From positions 390-64,389 of the IMG/VR virus record IMGVR_UViG_3300050587_000146: a DNA stretch of 64,000 nt. One strand, given 5' to 3'. The notes under the pieces are model-generated. The model searched no databases and had not been told where the DNA came from. It saw nothing but the letters and a program-made list of their open reading frames with translations. Each line of letters starts with the position of its first letter. The first letter of the stretch is position 1. The position numbers were made by a program, and so were the translations under genes. Shown here piece after piece: positions 20,324-29,354 of the stretch. The stretch is from a virus (taxonomy: Duplodnaviria; Caudoviricetes).

Positions 20324-20681
20324 GCCTAAGTATTTTGTACCGAGCGAGTTCGAATGTCATGGTGAACATTGTTGCAATCATGCCAATCCTCCGATGAATG
20401 AACGGTTGCTGATGGTTCTCGACAGGATTCGAGAAAAGGTCGGGAGGCCAGTCAATGTTGATTGTGCGTATCGGTGTCCGGTTCATAACGCGGAGGTTGG
20501 AGGTGTTCCAAACAGCTTTCATATCCAATGTATGGCGGCTGACATTTGGGTCGCTGGGATGAGTGTGGACGAGCTTGCCAAAGTTGCCGAGGAATGCGGC
20601 GCGGATGGAATCGGAAGATATTTCGATAAGAATTTTGTCCACGTCGATGTCAGGGGGTATCGGGCGCGATGGCAAGAGTAA
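20310..20681 (+). CDS. Endolysin, peptidase M15 family
   Basis: EFECH, CAYRCPVHNAEVGG..NSFH...AADI, FVHVDVRG (Zn ligands H/D/H); no cell-wall binding domain. Confidence 0.88.
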   Translation: MVMYKPKYFVPSEFECHGEHCCNHANPPMNERLLMVLDRIREKVGRPVNVDCAYRCPVHNAEVGGVPNSFHIQCMAADIWVAGMSVDELAKVAEECGADGIGRYFDKNFVHVDVRGYRARWQE

Positions 20682-21166
20682 AAGATTTTATTATCATAAT
20701 TTTAATGGTCATTGTCGCCATTCTTGGCGGCATTCTTTATTTTCAGCATAATAAAAAAGTGGTTCCTGTCAAGATGACTCAAACTGATATAAAGAATCCC
20801 GCCAAAGTCGCTGAAAATCTGAAGGTGACTTCCCAAGTCGCAGATCGGATTGTTAAAGAAATTCAAACCGTCAAAAAGCCAGTAATCGTCTATAAAGACG
20901 TTCCGGTCGGTGATGTTCCGAATAAAATTGATGATACGATTAAACAGGAAAAGCCGGATTCGGTGATAGTCACAGAAGAGCCTTTGAAGGATGTTAATGT
21001 TTACTCAATACATACCGAGCCAACATGGAGATTTGGCGGGGTGCTGTCAAATCAGGACTTCGGGTTGGCGGTAAAATACAATAATTCGGTGTATAGCGTA
21101 ACAAAGAACTTCAACGATAATACATATCGGTTCTCGGTTACGCTTTTTTTCGCCTCGCTTAAATAG
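20669..21166 (+). CDS. Membrane-anchored lysis accessory protein, spanin candidate
   Basis: N-terminal TM helix, last gene of the lysis cassette, C-terminal amphipathic beta-strands. Confidence 0.45.
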   Translation: MARVKDFIIIILMVIVAILGGILYFQHNKKVVPVKMTQTDIKNPAKVAENLKVTSQVADRIVKEIQTVKKPVIVYKDVPVGDVPNKIDDTIKQEKPDSVIVTEEPLKDVNVYSIHTEPTWRFGGVLSNQDFGLAVKYNNSVYSVTKNFNDNTYRFSVTLFFASLK

Positions 21167-21186
21167 CGGGGCTTTTTTTTTATTTT
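21151..21186 (+). terminator. Intrinsic terminator ending the late operon
   Basis: GCCTCGCT-TAAAT-AGCGGGGC hairpin plus long T run. Confidence 0.8.
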
Positions 21187-21259
21187 CAGCTCAAGAATTT
21201 TCAAATCTTATTATATAATATTAAGCACCAAAATTTTACAAAAACTTTTTGTAAAGCAC

Positions 21260-21289
21260 TTGTACTTATGAATATTATATAGTAATATA
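21260..21289 (+). promoter_or_regulatory. SigmaA-like promoter with AATATTA-N5-TAATAT operator
   Basis: TTGTAC-17 bp-TAATAT; near-identical to 48634-48663. Confidence 0.65.
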
Positions 21290-21340
21290 TAAGTGTAAGG
21301 GAGATAACAAACGACAAGAAATTCGACGGGGGCGACAGAA

Positions 21341-22153
21341 ATGAAACGGAATTTAAAGTTCGGAGTTGAAATCGAGTTCTTCGGAATTGATAGGAATCGT
21401 GTGGCAGATGCTCTTAATCGAGCTGGAATCCGAGCTTTCGTGGAAGGTTACAATCACGCAACGCGTGGTTACTGGAAACTGACTACTGACGGGTCAGTGA
21501 ATAGTCAAGGAACTGGAAACGGTCACGGTGGTAATGAGTTGGTATCGCCTCCGCTTGAAGGTGAAGATGGTTTACGGGAATTGGAACTGGCCTTGAAAAT
21601 CCTAAACGAATGCGGCGGGAAAGTGGACAAGAGTTGCGGAATACATATTCATCACGAAATCAAAGATTTAGATTTAACTAAGATTCAAAATATCTATCGC
21701 TTATATTTCAAATTTACAGCAAGTATTGATTACTTAATGCCTCCGAGCCGTCGTTCAACAAACAATCCTTACTATTGCAAACCGATTTCTCTGGACTTAC
21801 TCGAAAGAGTTGAAAATTGTGGTTCAATTGAGGCTTTACAGAGTATGTTCCTCAACAACAGATATTGGGCAGTGAACTTCGATGCTTACAACAGATACAA
21901 GACGATAGAGTTTAGACAGCATAGTGGTTCGATAGACTTCGAGAAAGTTGGCAGTTGGGTCAGAATTACTCACAAGATAATCGAAAAGGCTTGTGCTGGC
22001 TGGAGGGTGGAAGTTGCAAAAGATAATAGTTGGAGGGTGTGCGATTCAAACTGGTGGTTTAGACAATTAGTGGGTAAGGAATTAGAGACTTACGTGGTGA
22101 ACCGGATGAACTACTGGAAGGAAAGAGAACGGACGGCAACAACGGCAGCGTAA
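21341..22153 (+). CDS. Amidoligase (Amidoligase_2, COOH-NH2 ligase type 2)
   Basis: FGVEIEF, DGS, ELVSPPL, SCGIHIH, TIEFRQHSGS motifs. Confidence 0.88.
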   Translation: MKRNLKFGVEIEFFGIDRNRVADALNRAGIRAFVEGYNHATRGYWKLTTDGSVNSQGTGNGHGGNELVSPPLEGEDGLRELELALKILNECGGKVDKSCGIHIHHEIKDLDLTKIQNIYRLYFKFTASIDYLMPPSRRSTNNPYYCKPISLDLLERVENCGSIEALQSMFLNNRYWAVNFDAYNRYKTIEFRQHSGSIDFEKVGSWVRITHKIIEKACAGWRVEVAKDNSWRVCDSNWWFRQLVGKELETYVVNRMNYWKERERTATTAA

Positions 22154-22192
22154 AAACTGCCGTTTTGAATCAGTAAATGTTGTTGAGGCACA

Positions 22193-22224
22193 TTGCTTTT
22201 TTCCAAATATTATAATATAATATT
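22193..22224 (+). promoter_or_regulatory. SigmaA-like promoter with perfect AATATTA-N5-TAATATT operator
   Basis: TTGCTT-17 bp-TATAAT; operator at 22206-22224. Confidence 0.75.
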
Positions 22225-22238
22225 ATTAACGACAGGAG

Positions 22239-22625
22239 ATGGGAGAAATGTTCATGACAAAACGAGAATTAAAACCTCTGGAAAAAGAAGGGGTAACATA
22301 TTACAGTATTGGACAAGTTGCAGAAATGACTGATAAAAGTGTTCAGACAGTTCGTCTTTGGTGTGAATGGTCGGACGCTCAAGAAGAAGAAGGAAAGCCT
22401 CGATTTGTACCTAAACCACGAACTGACTTGGATGAACGGGGAACAAGATATTTTCACGAAAAGGACATACCAGCGATTATCAAGTTCAGTAAAAATGTTC
22501 CTTATGGGTTAATGAGTCCGTACAATCGAAAACGATGGGGCGAACGCGGGAAACATGTCACTATCGATAAGAGCATGGAGCGAATGGTCAAAGAAGGGCG
22601 AAAAGAAGAGCCTGACCTTAAATGA
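22239..22625 (+). CDS. MerR-like HTH DNA-binding regulator
   Basis: YYSIGQVAEMTDKSVQTVRLW helix-turn-helix and wing DERGTRYF. Confidence 0.7.
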   Translation: MGEMFMTKRELKPLEKEGVTYYSIGQVAEMTDKSVQTVRLWCEWSDAQEEEGKPRFVPKPRTDLDERGTRYFHEKDIPAIIKFSKNVPYGLMSPYNRKRWGERGKHVTIDKSMERMVKEGRKEEPDLK

Positions 22626-22649
22626 GTGCCTAAAAAGTACATAGTACGT

Positions 22650-22690
22650 AAAGCGGTTTACTCCTGGCGGGGTAAGCCGCTTTTTTTTGT
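22650..22690 (+). terminator. Intrinsic terminator
   Basis: AAAGCGG-TTTAC...GTAAG-CCGCTTT hairpin plus T run. Confidence 0.7.
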
Positions 22691-22698
22691 CTTTTTTA

Positions 22699-22731
22699 AC
22701 TCAAGAATCGATGGGGGTCTGCTATATAATG
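22699..22731 (+). promoter_or_regulatory. Phage-specific promoter ACTCAAG-N17-TATATAATG
   Basis: Recurs with a 17-bp spacer at 23471, 27024, 29069, 30074, 32612, 39384, 42533, 50407, 50806, 52525 and 53902. Confidence 0.8.
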
Positions 22732-22760
22732 CTTTGAATTTCATCAAAGGAGGCCAAAGC

Positions 22761-23189
22761 ATGGCAGAACAACCAGTTTACGACTTTGAACAACTTGTCA
22801 GGGATGAAGAATCAGCCGCTCGGACAACGTCACAAAAGATTGCATTTTATTATCGGTTCAATAAGGTTAAATGCGTCATCGAAAACCTGTTAAAACCGAT
22901 AAATGCTGATTTAAAAGCGAAAATGATTGCGGCAAAATGCGACAAAAAAGTCGCGGGGGATTATGAACTCATTCTTGGGACGCAGGACAAATCCAAAGTT
23001 GACAATGACAAACTCGTGGCATTACTGAAGGAGAAGAAATTGACAAAAGCGATTAAAAAGATTGAAATGCCGGACGAGGCAATGGTCGAAAAGCTCGTCA
23101 ACGAAGGGAAAATAACTCCCGAGGAGTTCAAAGAATGCGTCGTTGAAAATGTTGTGACGACTCTCAAGATTCAGGAGGTAAAGAAGTAA
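22761..23189 (+). CDS. Hypothetical protein
   Basis: AAGGAGG RBS before ATG 22761; the longer track start runs through a terminator. Confidence 0.6.
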   Translation: MAEQPVYDFEQLVRDEESAARTTSQKIAFYYRFNKVKCVIENLLKPINADLKAKMIAAKCDKKVAGDYELILGTQDKSKVDNDKLVALLKEKKLTKAIKKIEMPDEAMVEKLVNEGKITPEEFKECVVENVVTTLKIQEVKK

Positions 23190-23428
23190 TGGCGCGTATG
23201 AAAGAAATTGAGGTCGGTATCGGTTTGAGTGTTGAGGTCAACGGCGCATGGTACAGGCCGAATTGTACCGTAAAAATTGAGATGGATGAGACTGATACTC
23301 CCGCCAAAAGAGAGGCAATATTCAAAAGAGCATGGGAAACTGTCACAGAACAGATTGACAAAACTATCAGTCAGATTGAAACGGCAACGGCTGGGAATGT
23401 ACCAAAAGCCAGCTCGAAAAGGACTTGA
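23189..23428 (+). CDS. Hypothetical protein
   Basis: 79 aa, translationally coupled, followed by a terminator. Confidence 0.55.
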   Translation: MARMKEIEVGIGLSVEVNGAWYRPNCTVKIEMDETDTPAKREAIFKRAWETVTEQIDKTISQIETATAGNVPKASSKRT

Positions 23429-23470
23429 TGGACAAGCCTCCGTGAAAACGGGGGCTTTTTTTATTTCCAA

Positions 23471-23503
23471 ACTCAAGAAAACTGCACTTAAAAATATATA
23501 ATG
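23471..23503 (+). promoter_or_regulatory. Phage-specific promoter for the replication operon
   Basis: ACTCAAG-17 bp-TATATAATG. Confidence 0.75.
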
Positions 23504-23530
23504 CTCTGAAACATGAAGGGAGGGAATTTC

Positions 23531-24379
23531 ATGGACGTTAATCTGGTCGAAAGCATGGGCGGCGGGTTCACAATAATGCCGCGAAACGTGCGAATTTGTA
23601 AACAATTGAGCGATTCCGCGAAACTGGTGTACTTCGCTGTTTCTGACTATGCTTACAACGGGTTATATAGTTATCCGTCACAAGAGACAATCGCTCAAGA
23701 GACGGGGATGTCGGTGCGATGGGTTCAGAAGTGTTTGCAGGAGTTGAGGGAGTTCGGGTTGATACGGGTTTTTGCTCGTTCCAATGAAGTTAATATTTAT
23801 CTCATTGTTCCCTTAAACATGGTAAGCAACTTGAAAAATGCCGAGGTCGTACCAGTGCCAAAAGAAAAGCAGTTCATTAAAAACGAGGCTGAATTTAATA
23901 AAATTGTTGCCGCGAATGAACGGTTCTATCAGTTGTGTGGAATACTTCGGGACGGTGTGAGAACGACTCCAAAGGCCGAGAAAAGTTCCTGGGAGGGTAG
24001 AGTATCCAACTACTTAAAAAAGCTCACAGAGGGCAAATATGACTCTTTAACAGCGAACGATTACTGTATAGCATTCGCGTTGAAGTATCAAACAGTTTAC
24101 GGGAAAGATTACGCGTTCTCATGGAAGAACGACACGACAGCAGTCAAGCAACTGATGAATAACACAGGCTTGACTGGTCAGGAATTAATTCACGTCATGG
24201 AGACGTTTGTTGAAGAATATGACCGTATGTTTAAAAGTCAGGAATATCCTCTTCCGCGTCTTGTTTATCTAAAGTATGAATGGATTTACCGAAAGTTGTT
24301 ACAACATATTGTCGATGTTGCCGAGTGGGAAAGGCGGCAGCATGGTGAGACAGAGGGCGGGGAGGTTTGGCGCATATGA
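23531..24379 (+). CDS. Replication initiator (N-terminal winged HTH)
   Basis: GFTIMPR..LSDSAKLVY...YPSQETIAQETGMSVRWVQKCLQELREFGLI; upstream of the DnaC-like loader. Confidence 0.8.
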   Translation: MDVNLVESMGGGFTIMPRNVRICKQLSDSAKLVYFAVSDYAYNGLYSYPSQETIAQETGMSVRWVQKCLQELREFGLIRVFARSNEVNIYLIVPLNMVSNLKNAEVVPVPKEKQFIKNEAEFNKIVAANERFYQLCGILRDGVRTTPKAEKSSWEGRVSNYLKKLTEGKYDSLTANDYCIAFALKYQTVYGKDYAFSWKNDTTAVKQLMNNTGLTGQELIHVMETFVEEYDRMFKSQEYPLPRLVYLKYEWIYRKLLQHIVDVAEWERRQHGETEGGEVWRI

Positions 24380-25062
24380 GGTGTTGGGCGGCTGATTATT
24401 GTAAAAAGAAAAGTCCCGATAATTGTCACGAATTTTGCCTCGCATACGTTCTCATGGAGGCACTTTATACACAAAGCGGAATGCCTAAACGTTATCAATT
24501 CCCACAAAGCCTTACCGTTCCTCCTATTGATACGGAATCATTCGGCAAAGTTAAAACATTCATCGGCGATGTAGTAAATAACATCGAGGACGGTCGAGGG
24601 CTTTATCTTTACGGGAGCAGAACTGGAACAGGTAAAACATCGCTAGCTTGCGCTATAATGAATGCTTATTTTCGCAAGGTCGTATTCGTGTCAAACCTGG
24701 AATGCATGGGACTGTATATTCATGTGCCGTCGTTTTTGGAGGAGTATCGAGAAGCATTCGATGACAGTGAAAAGCAGAGGGTGCTTGACGAGAAAATTCG
24801 AAATCTGTATGTTGCAAAGCTCGTTATCTGGGATGACATCGGGGCAGAAAAACCTTCGGAATGGGTTAGGGAAAGAGTTCTGACGATTCTCGATTCACGG
24901 GTCGGAAACATGCTTTCAAACATTTTTACGTCAAATCTTTCTGTAGCGCAATTGAGTGAGTCAACAGTTCTCGGGGTGCGGGTAGCAAGCAGAATCGCAG
25001 GGTGTACAGAACAACTGGAGTTCAAAGGCGCGGATAAGAGGGGGTTGTCAGACAATGGTTGA
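24367..25062 (+). CDS. DnaC/IstB-like helicase loader ATPase
   Basis: Walker A GSRTGTGKT, Walker B LVIWDDIGAE, FTSNL. Confidence 0.88.
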   Translation: MAHMRCWAADYCKKKSPDNCHEFCLAYVLMEALYTQSGMPKRYQFPQSLTVPPIDTESFGKVKTFIGDVVNNIEDGRGLYLYGSRTGTGKTSLACAIMNAYFRKVVFVSNLECMGLYIHVPSFLEEYREAFDDSEKQRVLDEKIRNLYVAKLVIWDDIGAEKPSEWVRERVLTILDSRVGNMLSNIFTSNLSVAQLSESTVLGVRVASRIAGCTEQLEFKGADKRGLSDNG

Positions 25063-26341
25063 GTTACAGATTATCAATAAAATACTTCAAAGTGGTTCGA
25101 TTGACATCCTCGTTAAGAATAGGATTCCTGCCGAAAGTTTCCTGGTGGAAAAGGAAAAGGTTGATTTTATCCTCAATCATTTGCGGCAATACCGCAGGGT
25201 TCCCGACATGGTGACATTCCTGGCTCAATTTCCTGATTTTGAAATCTTCGAGGTTACGGAAGATGACGCGTATCTGGTCAGAAAGCTGAAAGAGGCTCAA
25301 TTGTTTGCAAAACTGGTTCCGGTTATACGTGAGGGTGGCAACAAGGTTCGGGAGGACGCGTTCGAGGGAATAGATTATTTGATGGGTGAATTGAGAGTAA
25401 TCGCTCGGGAATTATCAGGTGAAAATGGGACAGGCTTTGATATTGTTGCAAATGCTGGAGATAGGCTCACGGAATACCGCAGACGGGCTGAACTTCATGG
25501 CTTATTGGGTATTACAACCGGGATTCAATTGCTCGATTCTCTGACTCATGGATGGCTCAAAGAGGACTTGGTTCTGATATATGCCAGAACGAACGAGGGA
25601 AAGTCATGGTTGTTACTGTTCTTTCTGGTGGCGGCATGGATGGCAGGGAAAAAGGTTCTCCTATATTCCGGTGAGATGTCAGAGACGCTGGTCGGGTTCC
25701 GGTTCGATACGATTTATCAGCATTTTTCGAATACCGGCTTGATGGGCGGCTCCGCTGAACTGGGTGACGCGGTGAACGAGGATGTCGGCGCAAAGTCAGT
25801 TGTTGATTATGAGGAGTATGTTCGGGATTTATCACAGGCACATCCTTTCATCGTTGTTACTCAAAAGCATTTCGGCGGGAAAAAGCCGACAGTTGACGAT
25901 TTAAAGAATTTAATGGAGACGACTGGGGCTGACATTCTTGGAGTTGACCAAATCTCTCTGATGTCTGACCAACGAAAAGCTCGCGAAAAGCGGGAACGAT
26001 ATACCAATATTTCAGAGGATTTATACCTTCTATCAGAGGACATCGAAAAACCAGTGTTGGCAGTTGGTCAAGCAAACCGGGAGGCCGCGAAAAGCAAGAA
26101 AAAAGAGGACGAAACTCCCGAATTGCATGAGGTCGCCGAGTCCGATGGTTTAGTTCAAAACTCGACTCGATGCTTATCGATGAAAGTGGTCAACAAGGTA
26201 TTGCGTATCAGTATCAAAAAGAATCGTTACGGGGTCAATAACAAAGACATTCTCCTACTCTGGGAAACAAATTTCGGGCTTTTCAAGCCAATGTTGGAGG
26301 ATACGACTCCGCAACAAGCGGCTCAAGACTTTGGACTCTAA
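25055..26341 (+). CDS. dnaB: Replicative DNA helicase (DnaB-like)
   Basis: ITTGIQLLD, ARTNEGKS, VDQISLM, QANR, KNRYG motifs. Confidence 0.88.
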   Translation: MVELQIINKILQSGSIDILVKNRIPAESFLVEKEKVDFILNHLRQYRRVPDMVTFLAQFPDFEIFEVTEDDAYLVRKLKEAQLFAKLVPVIREGGNKVREDAFEGIDYLMGELRVIARELSGENGTGFDIVANAGDRLTEYRRRAELHGLLGITTGIQLLDSLTHGWLKEDLVLIYARTNEGKSWLLLFFLVAAWMAGKKVLLYSGEMSETLVGFRFDTIYQHFSNTGLMGGSAELGDAVNEDVGAKSVVDYEEYVRDLSQAHPFIVVTQKHFGGKKPTVDDLKNLMETTGADILGVDQISLMSDQRKAREKRERYTNISEDLYLLSEDIEKPVLAVGQANREAAKSKKKEDETPELHEVAESDGLVQNSTRCLSMKVVNKVLRISIKKNRYGVNNKDILLLWETNFGLFKPMLEDTTPQQAAQDFGL

Positions 26342-26360
26342 ATTTAAGGAGGATTTGAAT

Positions 26361-27008
26361 ATGAAATTGATTAGGCCGTCATTTGAAATTTTAGACCAAG
26401 TTAATGGTCAGGAAATCCTAAAAAGGATTGAACGTGCTGGTAGAACTTGCTATAAAAGTGAGTACGCTATTACTGATGAGTCTGCTGTAAAGTTTGTCAA
26501 AATGATTGTACAACGAGGGCATGAATCAGTGCTGGAACATGAAAAAATATCTGTTTTGGTAATATGTGACCGAGGGGTAAGTCATGAAATAGTAAGACAC
26601 CGTATAGCAAGTTATAGCCAAGAGTCAACTCGTTATTGTGACTATGCTGGTGGACATGTAACGTTTATAATTCCACCTTGGGTAGATGAAGAGGTTAAAC
26701 CGGGTACATATAGTGAGTATGAGTCTACTCCTGATGATGCAACAAACGATTGGCTTAACGCGATGTGGAATATCGAGAATATTTACAAACTTCTCCGGGA
26801 AAAAGGATGGAAACCTGAACAGGCTCGCTCTGTTCTTCCTAATTCACTAAAAACTGAAATCATAGTTTCAATGAATCTTCGTGAATGGAGGCATTTCTTT
26901 AAGCTACGAACTGCACCCGCTGCACATCCTCAAATGAGGGAAATCGCAGTTCCTATGCTAAATAGATTTAAGGAATTAATTCTTGTTGTATTTGATGATA
27001 TAGGTTAA
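26361..27008 (+). CDS. thyX: FAD-dependent thymidylate synthase
   Basis: GHESVLEH, SHEIVRHRIASYSQESTRY, ARSVLPNS, NLREWRHF...HPQMR. Confidence 0.95.
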   Translation: MKLIRPSFEILDQVNGQEILKRIERAGRTCYKSEYAITDESAVKFVKMIVQRGHESVLEHEKISVLVICDRGVSHEIVRHRIASYSQESTRYCDYAGGHVTFIIPPWVDEEVKPGTYSEYESTPDDATNDWLNAMWNIENIYKLLREKGWKPEQARSVLPNSLKTEIIVSMNLREWRHFFKLRTAPAAHPQMREIAVPMLNRFKELILVVFDDIG

Positions 27009-27097
27009 AAAATTTAATTTTCAACTCAAGAATGGGCAGTCGGCTGCTATATAGTGGTCGATTGCCTATTTTTTTTATTTACGGAGGCGAAAACAGG

Positions 27098-28141
27098 ATG
27101 ATTGTGGTCTGGGGCAAGACCGTCATGGCAGAAGTTGACCAAATCGTTGACGCGGTTCGGAATGAGCTGTTACATACCGGACTTATGCGCCGTATTCATG
27201 ATACAGGCAATAACATCATGGTCACTTGTACTGAACATAAAGGCGGGCAGGAGAGTAAGCCGTCGATGGGTATCAGCAAAGTAGAACGATACGACACAAT
27301 ACAACGGCGCGAGATACCTGCGGGAACGGTTCATTGTTTCACCTGCGGCTACACTGCGGACTTGCCAACTTGGATTGCTCACGTCCTGGGAATGGAATCT
27401 CCGGTTAAGGGCATGGACTGGCTAATGCGGCGGTATGCTTACGGGATTGATGGCGAGAGGGCTGACCTTCGGCTCAACTTGGAACGGACTTCTAAAGTCG
27501 AGGCCGAGTTCGTTCCTGACCAAGTCGTTAATGACTTATGGTTCGCTTTTAATCAAAGTGCTGACGCGATTGATTACATGGTCAATACACGCGGTATTCC
27601 TCGCGAGATATGCAACAAAGCAAAAGTTGGATACGACCGAGAGGAACATGCCGTTGCGTTCCCAGTCACAGACATCAAAGGCAGGACACTATTTATTAAA
27701 TTGAGGGGCATTGAGGGCAGACGGTTCCATAATGACGAGAACAGTCGCAAATCAATGACCTTTTTTGGCATTACGGTTCTGATTCGTGAACTCAATCGGC
27801 TCAAGGCCGGGGGGCAGGACATAAGTAGAGTCAAGGTCTGGGTTTGTGAGGGCGAAATTGACTGCTTGACTTTATGGCGGCGCGGGATATTGGCAGTTTC
27901 TTTGATGGGTTCAGACATGTCAGAGCAACAGGCCAAAATTCTCAAACGGTTCGGAGTTGGTCAGGTTGTCGCGGCGTTGGACAATCCTGCGATTGATGTG
28001 GCTGGGCGTAAGGGAGTCAGGAAGATGAAAGACCTGCTGATACCTATGGGTATTAAAGTTTTCAATGTACGTTACAATTCAAACAAAAAAGACTGGAATG
28101 AAATGACAGATGAAGAATTTGCAATGGTTGAACTGTTTTAG
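27098..28141 (+). CDS. DNA primase
   Basis: Zn finger CTEH...HCFTCG; TOPRIM CEGEIDCL and LDNP..D..G. Confidence 0.88.
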   Translation: MIVVWGKTVMAEVDQIVDAVRNELLHTGLMRRIHDTGNNIMVTCTEHKGGQESKPSMGISKVERYDTIQRREIPAGTVHCFTCGYTADLPTWIAHVLGMESPVKGMDWLMRRYAYGIDGERADLRLNLERTSKVEAEFVPDQVVNDLWFAFNQSADAIDYMVNTRGIPREICNKAKVGYDREEHAVAFPVTDIKGRTLFIKLRGIEGRRFHNDENSRKSMTFFGITVLIRELNRLKAGGQDISRVKVWVCEGEIDCLTLWRRGILAVSLMGSDMSEQQAKILKRFGVGQVVAALDNPAIDVAGRKGVRKMKDLLIPMGIKVFNVRYNSNKKDWNEMTDEEFAMVELF

Positions 28142-28166
28142 TAAAAAATATGGGACTTCTTTCATA

Positions 28167-28223
28167 TTGATATTCGAACACATGTTCGGTAAAATATAAT
28201 TCCTCTCCTCGAACAAATGTTTG
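28167..28223 (+). promoter_or_regulatory. SOS-type promoter with two Firmicutes LexA boxes
   Basis: TTGATA-17 bp-TAAAAT with perfect CGAAC-ACAT-GTTCG (28175-28188) in the spacer; second box CGAAC-AAAT-GTTTG at 28210-28223. Confidence 0.75.
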
Positions 28224-28369
28224 AATAAAGTAATTATTACATAATTAGGTAACGTATTTCCAGCATTATGTAACTTTTTAAATATAGGAAAAATGTGAAA
28301 ATCCGAGATAATCCGAGATGACTATGTAAAAATCAGCAAAAAAGACCAAAAATCAAATTTTCCAAACTG

Positions 28370-28489
28370 AATATTATATGGTAATATCGTTCTTATGATA
28401 TGAATATTACTATATAACATTCGGTTATTAAAAGGGGTGATAGCCGTGGCGGTATAGTTTTGTCTTTTTGAATATTACCATATAATGTT
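28370..28489. promoter_or_regulatory. Three AATATTA-N5-TAATATT-like operators upstream of the sigma gene
   Basis: Copies at 28370-28388, 28403-28421 and 28471-28489. Confidence 0.75.
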
Positions 28490-28520
28490 CAATTTAAAAA
28501 TTCAAGCGGAGGCAGAAACT

Positions 28521-29099
28521 ATGGAAAATTTCGTAAAAACCACAGAGGAACTCGTGAAAGAGTATCAACATGGAAACGGTGTTGCATTCGACGGAATCGT
28601 GAAAAATATGGACAGGATGGTAAAACAGCTCGCGAATAAAGGTGTAAATGGTATGTCGTTTAAGGAAGTGTACTCCGAACTGCTCGAAACTCTTTGGAAA
28701 TGTTGCAAGGATTATAATGGTTCAGGTAAGTTGACGACAATGTTTTTCACTTACGGAAACAACAAGTTGCGGGAATTGCGGGAAATGATGATGCATGATG
28801 TAAGAAAGGCAAATACATACGCGTCGTCTTTCGAGCAAATGCAGGATGACACAGGTTTTGATATTTCCCATTCTGATGATGGATTCGATAACATAGAAGT
28901 TGCAACTTTAATTGAATCGCTCGGACTGACTGATAATGAACGGATGTGCCTTGAAATCCTTATGAATGGTCAGTATGAATCGAAAAAGGACGTTGCAAAT
29001 CGGATGGGCGTTGACCCGAGCGCAGTCAATTATTTTCAAAAGAGCATTGCAAGAAAGTTGACCGCTGAACTCAAGAATCCGAGGGTATGCATTATATAA
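28521..29099 (+). CDS. Phage sigma70-family RNA polymerase sigma factor
   Basis: Region 2-like (ELVKEYQHG...LLETLWKCCKDYN..SGKLTTMFFTY) and region 4 HTH (LTDNERMCLEIL..SKKDVANRMGVDPSAVNY). Confidence 0.75.
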   Translation: MENFVKTTEELVKEYQHGNGVAFDGIVKNMDRMVKQLANKGVNGMSFKEVYSELLETLWKCCKDYNGSGKLTTMFFTYGNNKLRELREMMMHDVRKANTYASSFEQMQDDTGFDISHSDDGFDNIEVATLIESLGLTDNERMCLEILMNGQYESKKDVANRMGVDPSAVNYFQKSIARKLTAELKNPRVCII

Positions 29100-29141
29100 T
29101 GCTTTGAACGCGGACAGGCCAACATGAAAGGGGTGATTCGG

Positions 29142-29291
29142 ATGGGCAGATTGAGCAAGATGATTAATATCTTTCGGGGAATCTTATCCGGCTTGGCTGT
29201 CGTCATCGTGAAACATAACGAGCAGAACGCGAAAGTTTATTGCGGTAAAAATGTAAGCAAGGATTTTGTGGTTCGGTCATTCGGTCAATGA
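29142..29291 (+). CDS. Small hypothetical protein (49 aa, not in ORF track)
   Basis: GGGGTG RBS, directly after the phage promoter at 29069. Confidence 0.4.
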   Translation: MGRLSKMINIFRGILSGLAVVIVKHNEQNAKVYCGKNVSKDFVVRSFGQ

Positions 29292-29354
29292 GTTACACAC
29301 TCAAACAAATGTTAGCAAATTAAAAGCCCACGGGCAAATTAGGAGGAAACAACA

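Noticed and set aside
22626-22760. N-terminal extension of the 22626-23189 ORF
   Set aside because: It runs through a terminator and a promoter; the strong RBS precedes ATG 22761
28299-28320. Short tandem AATCCGAGAT duplication in the sigma control region
   Set aside because: Only two copies and not seen elsewhere, so it cannot be distinguished from chance
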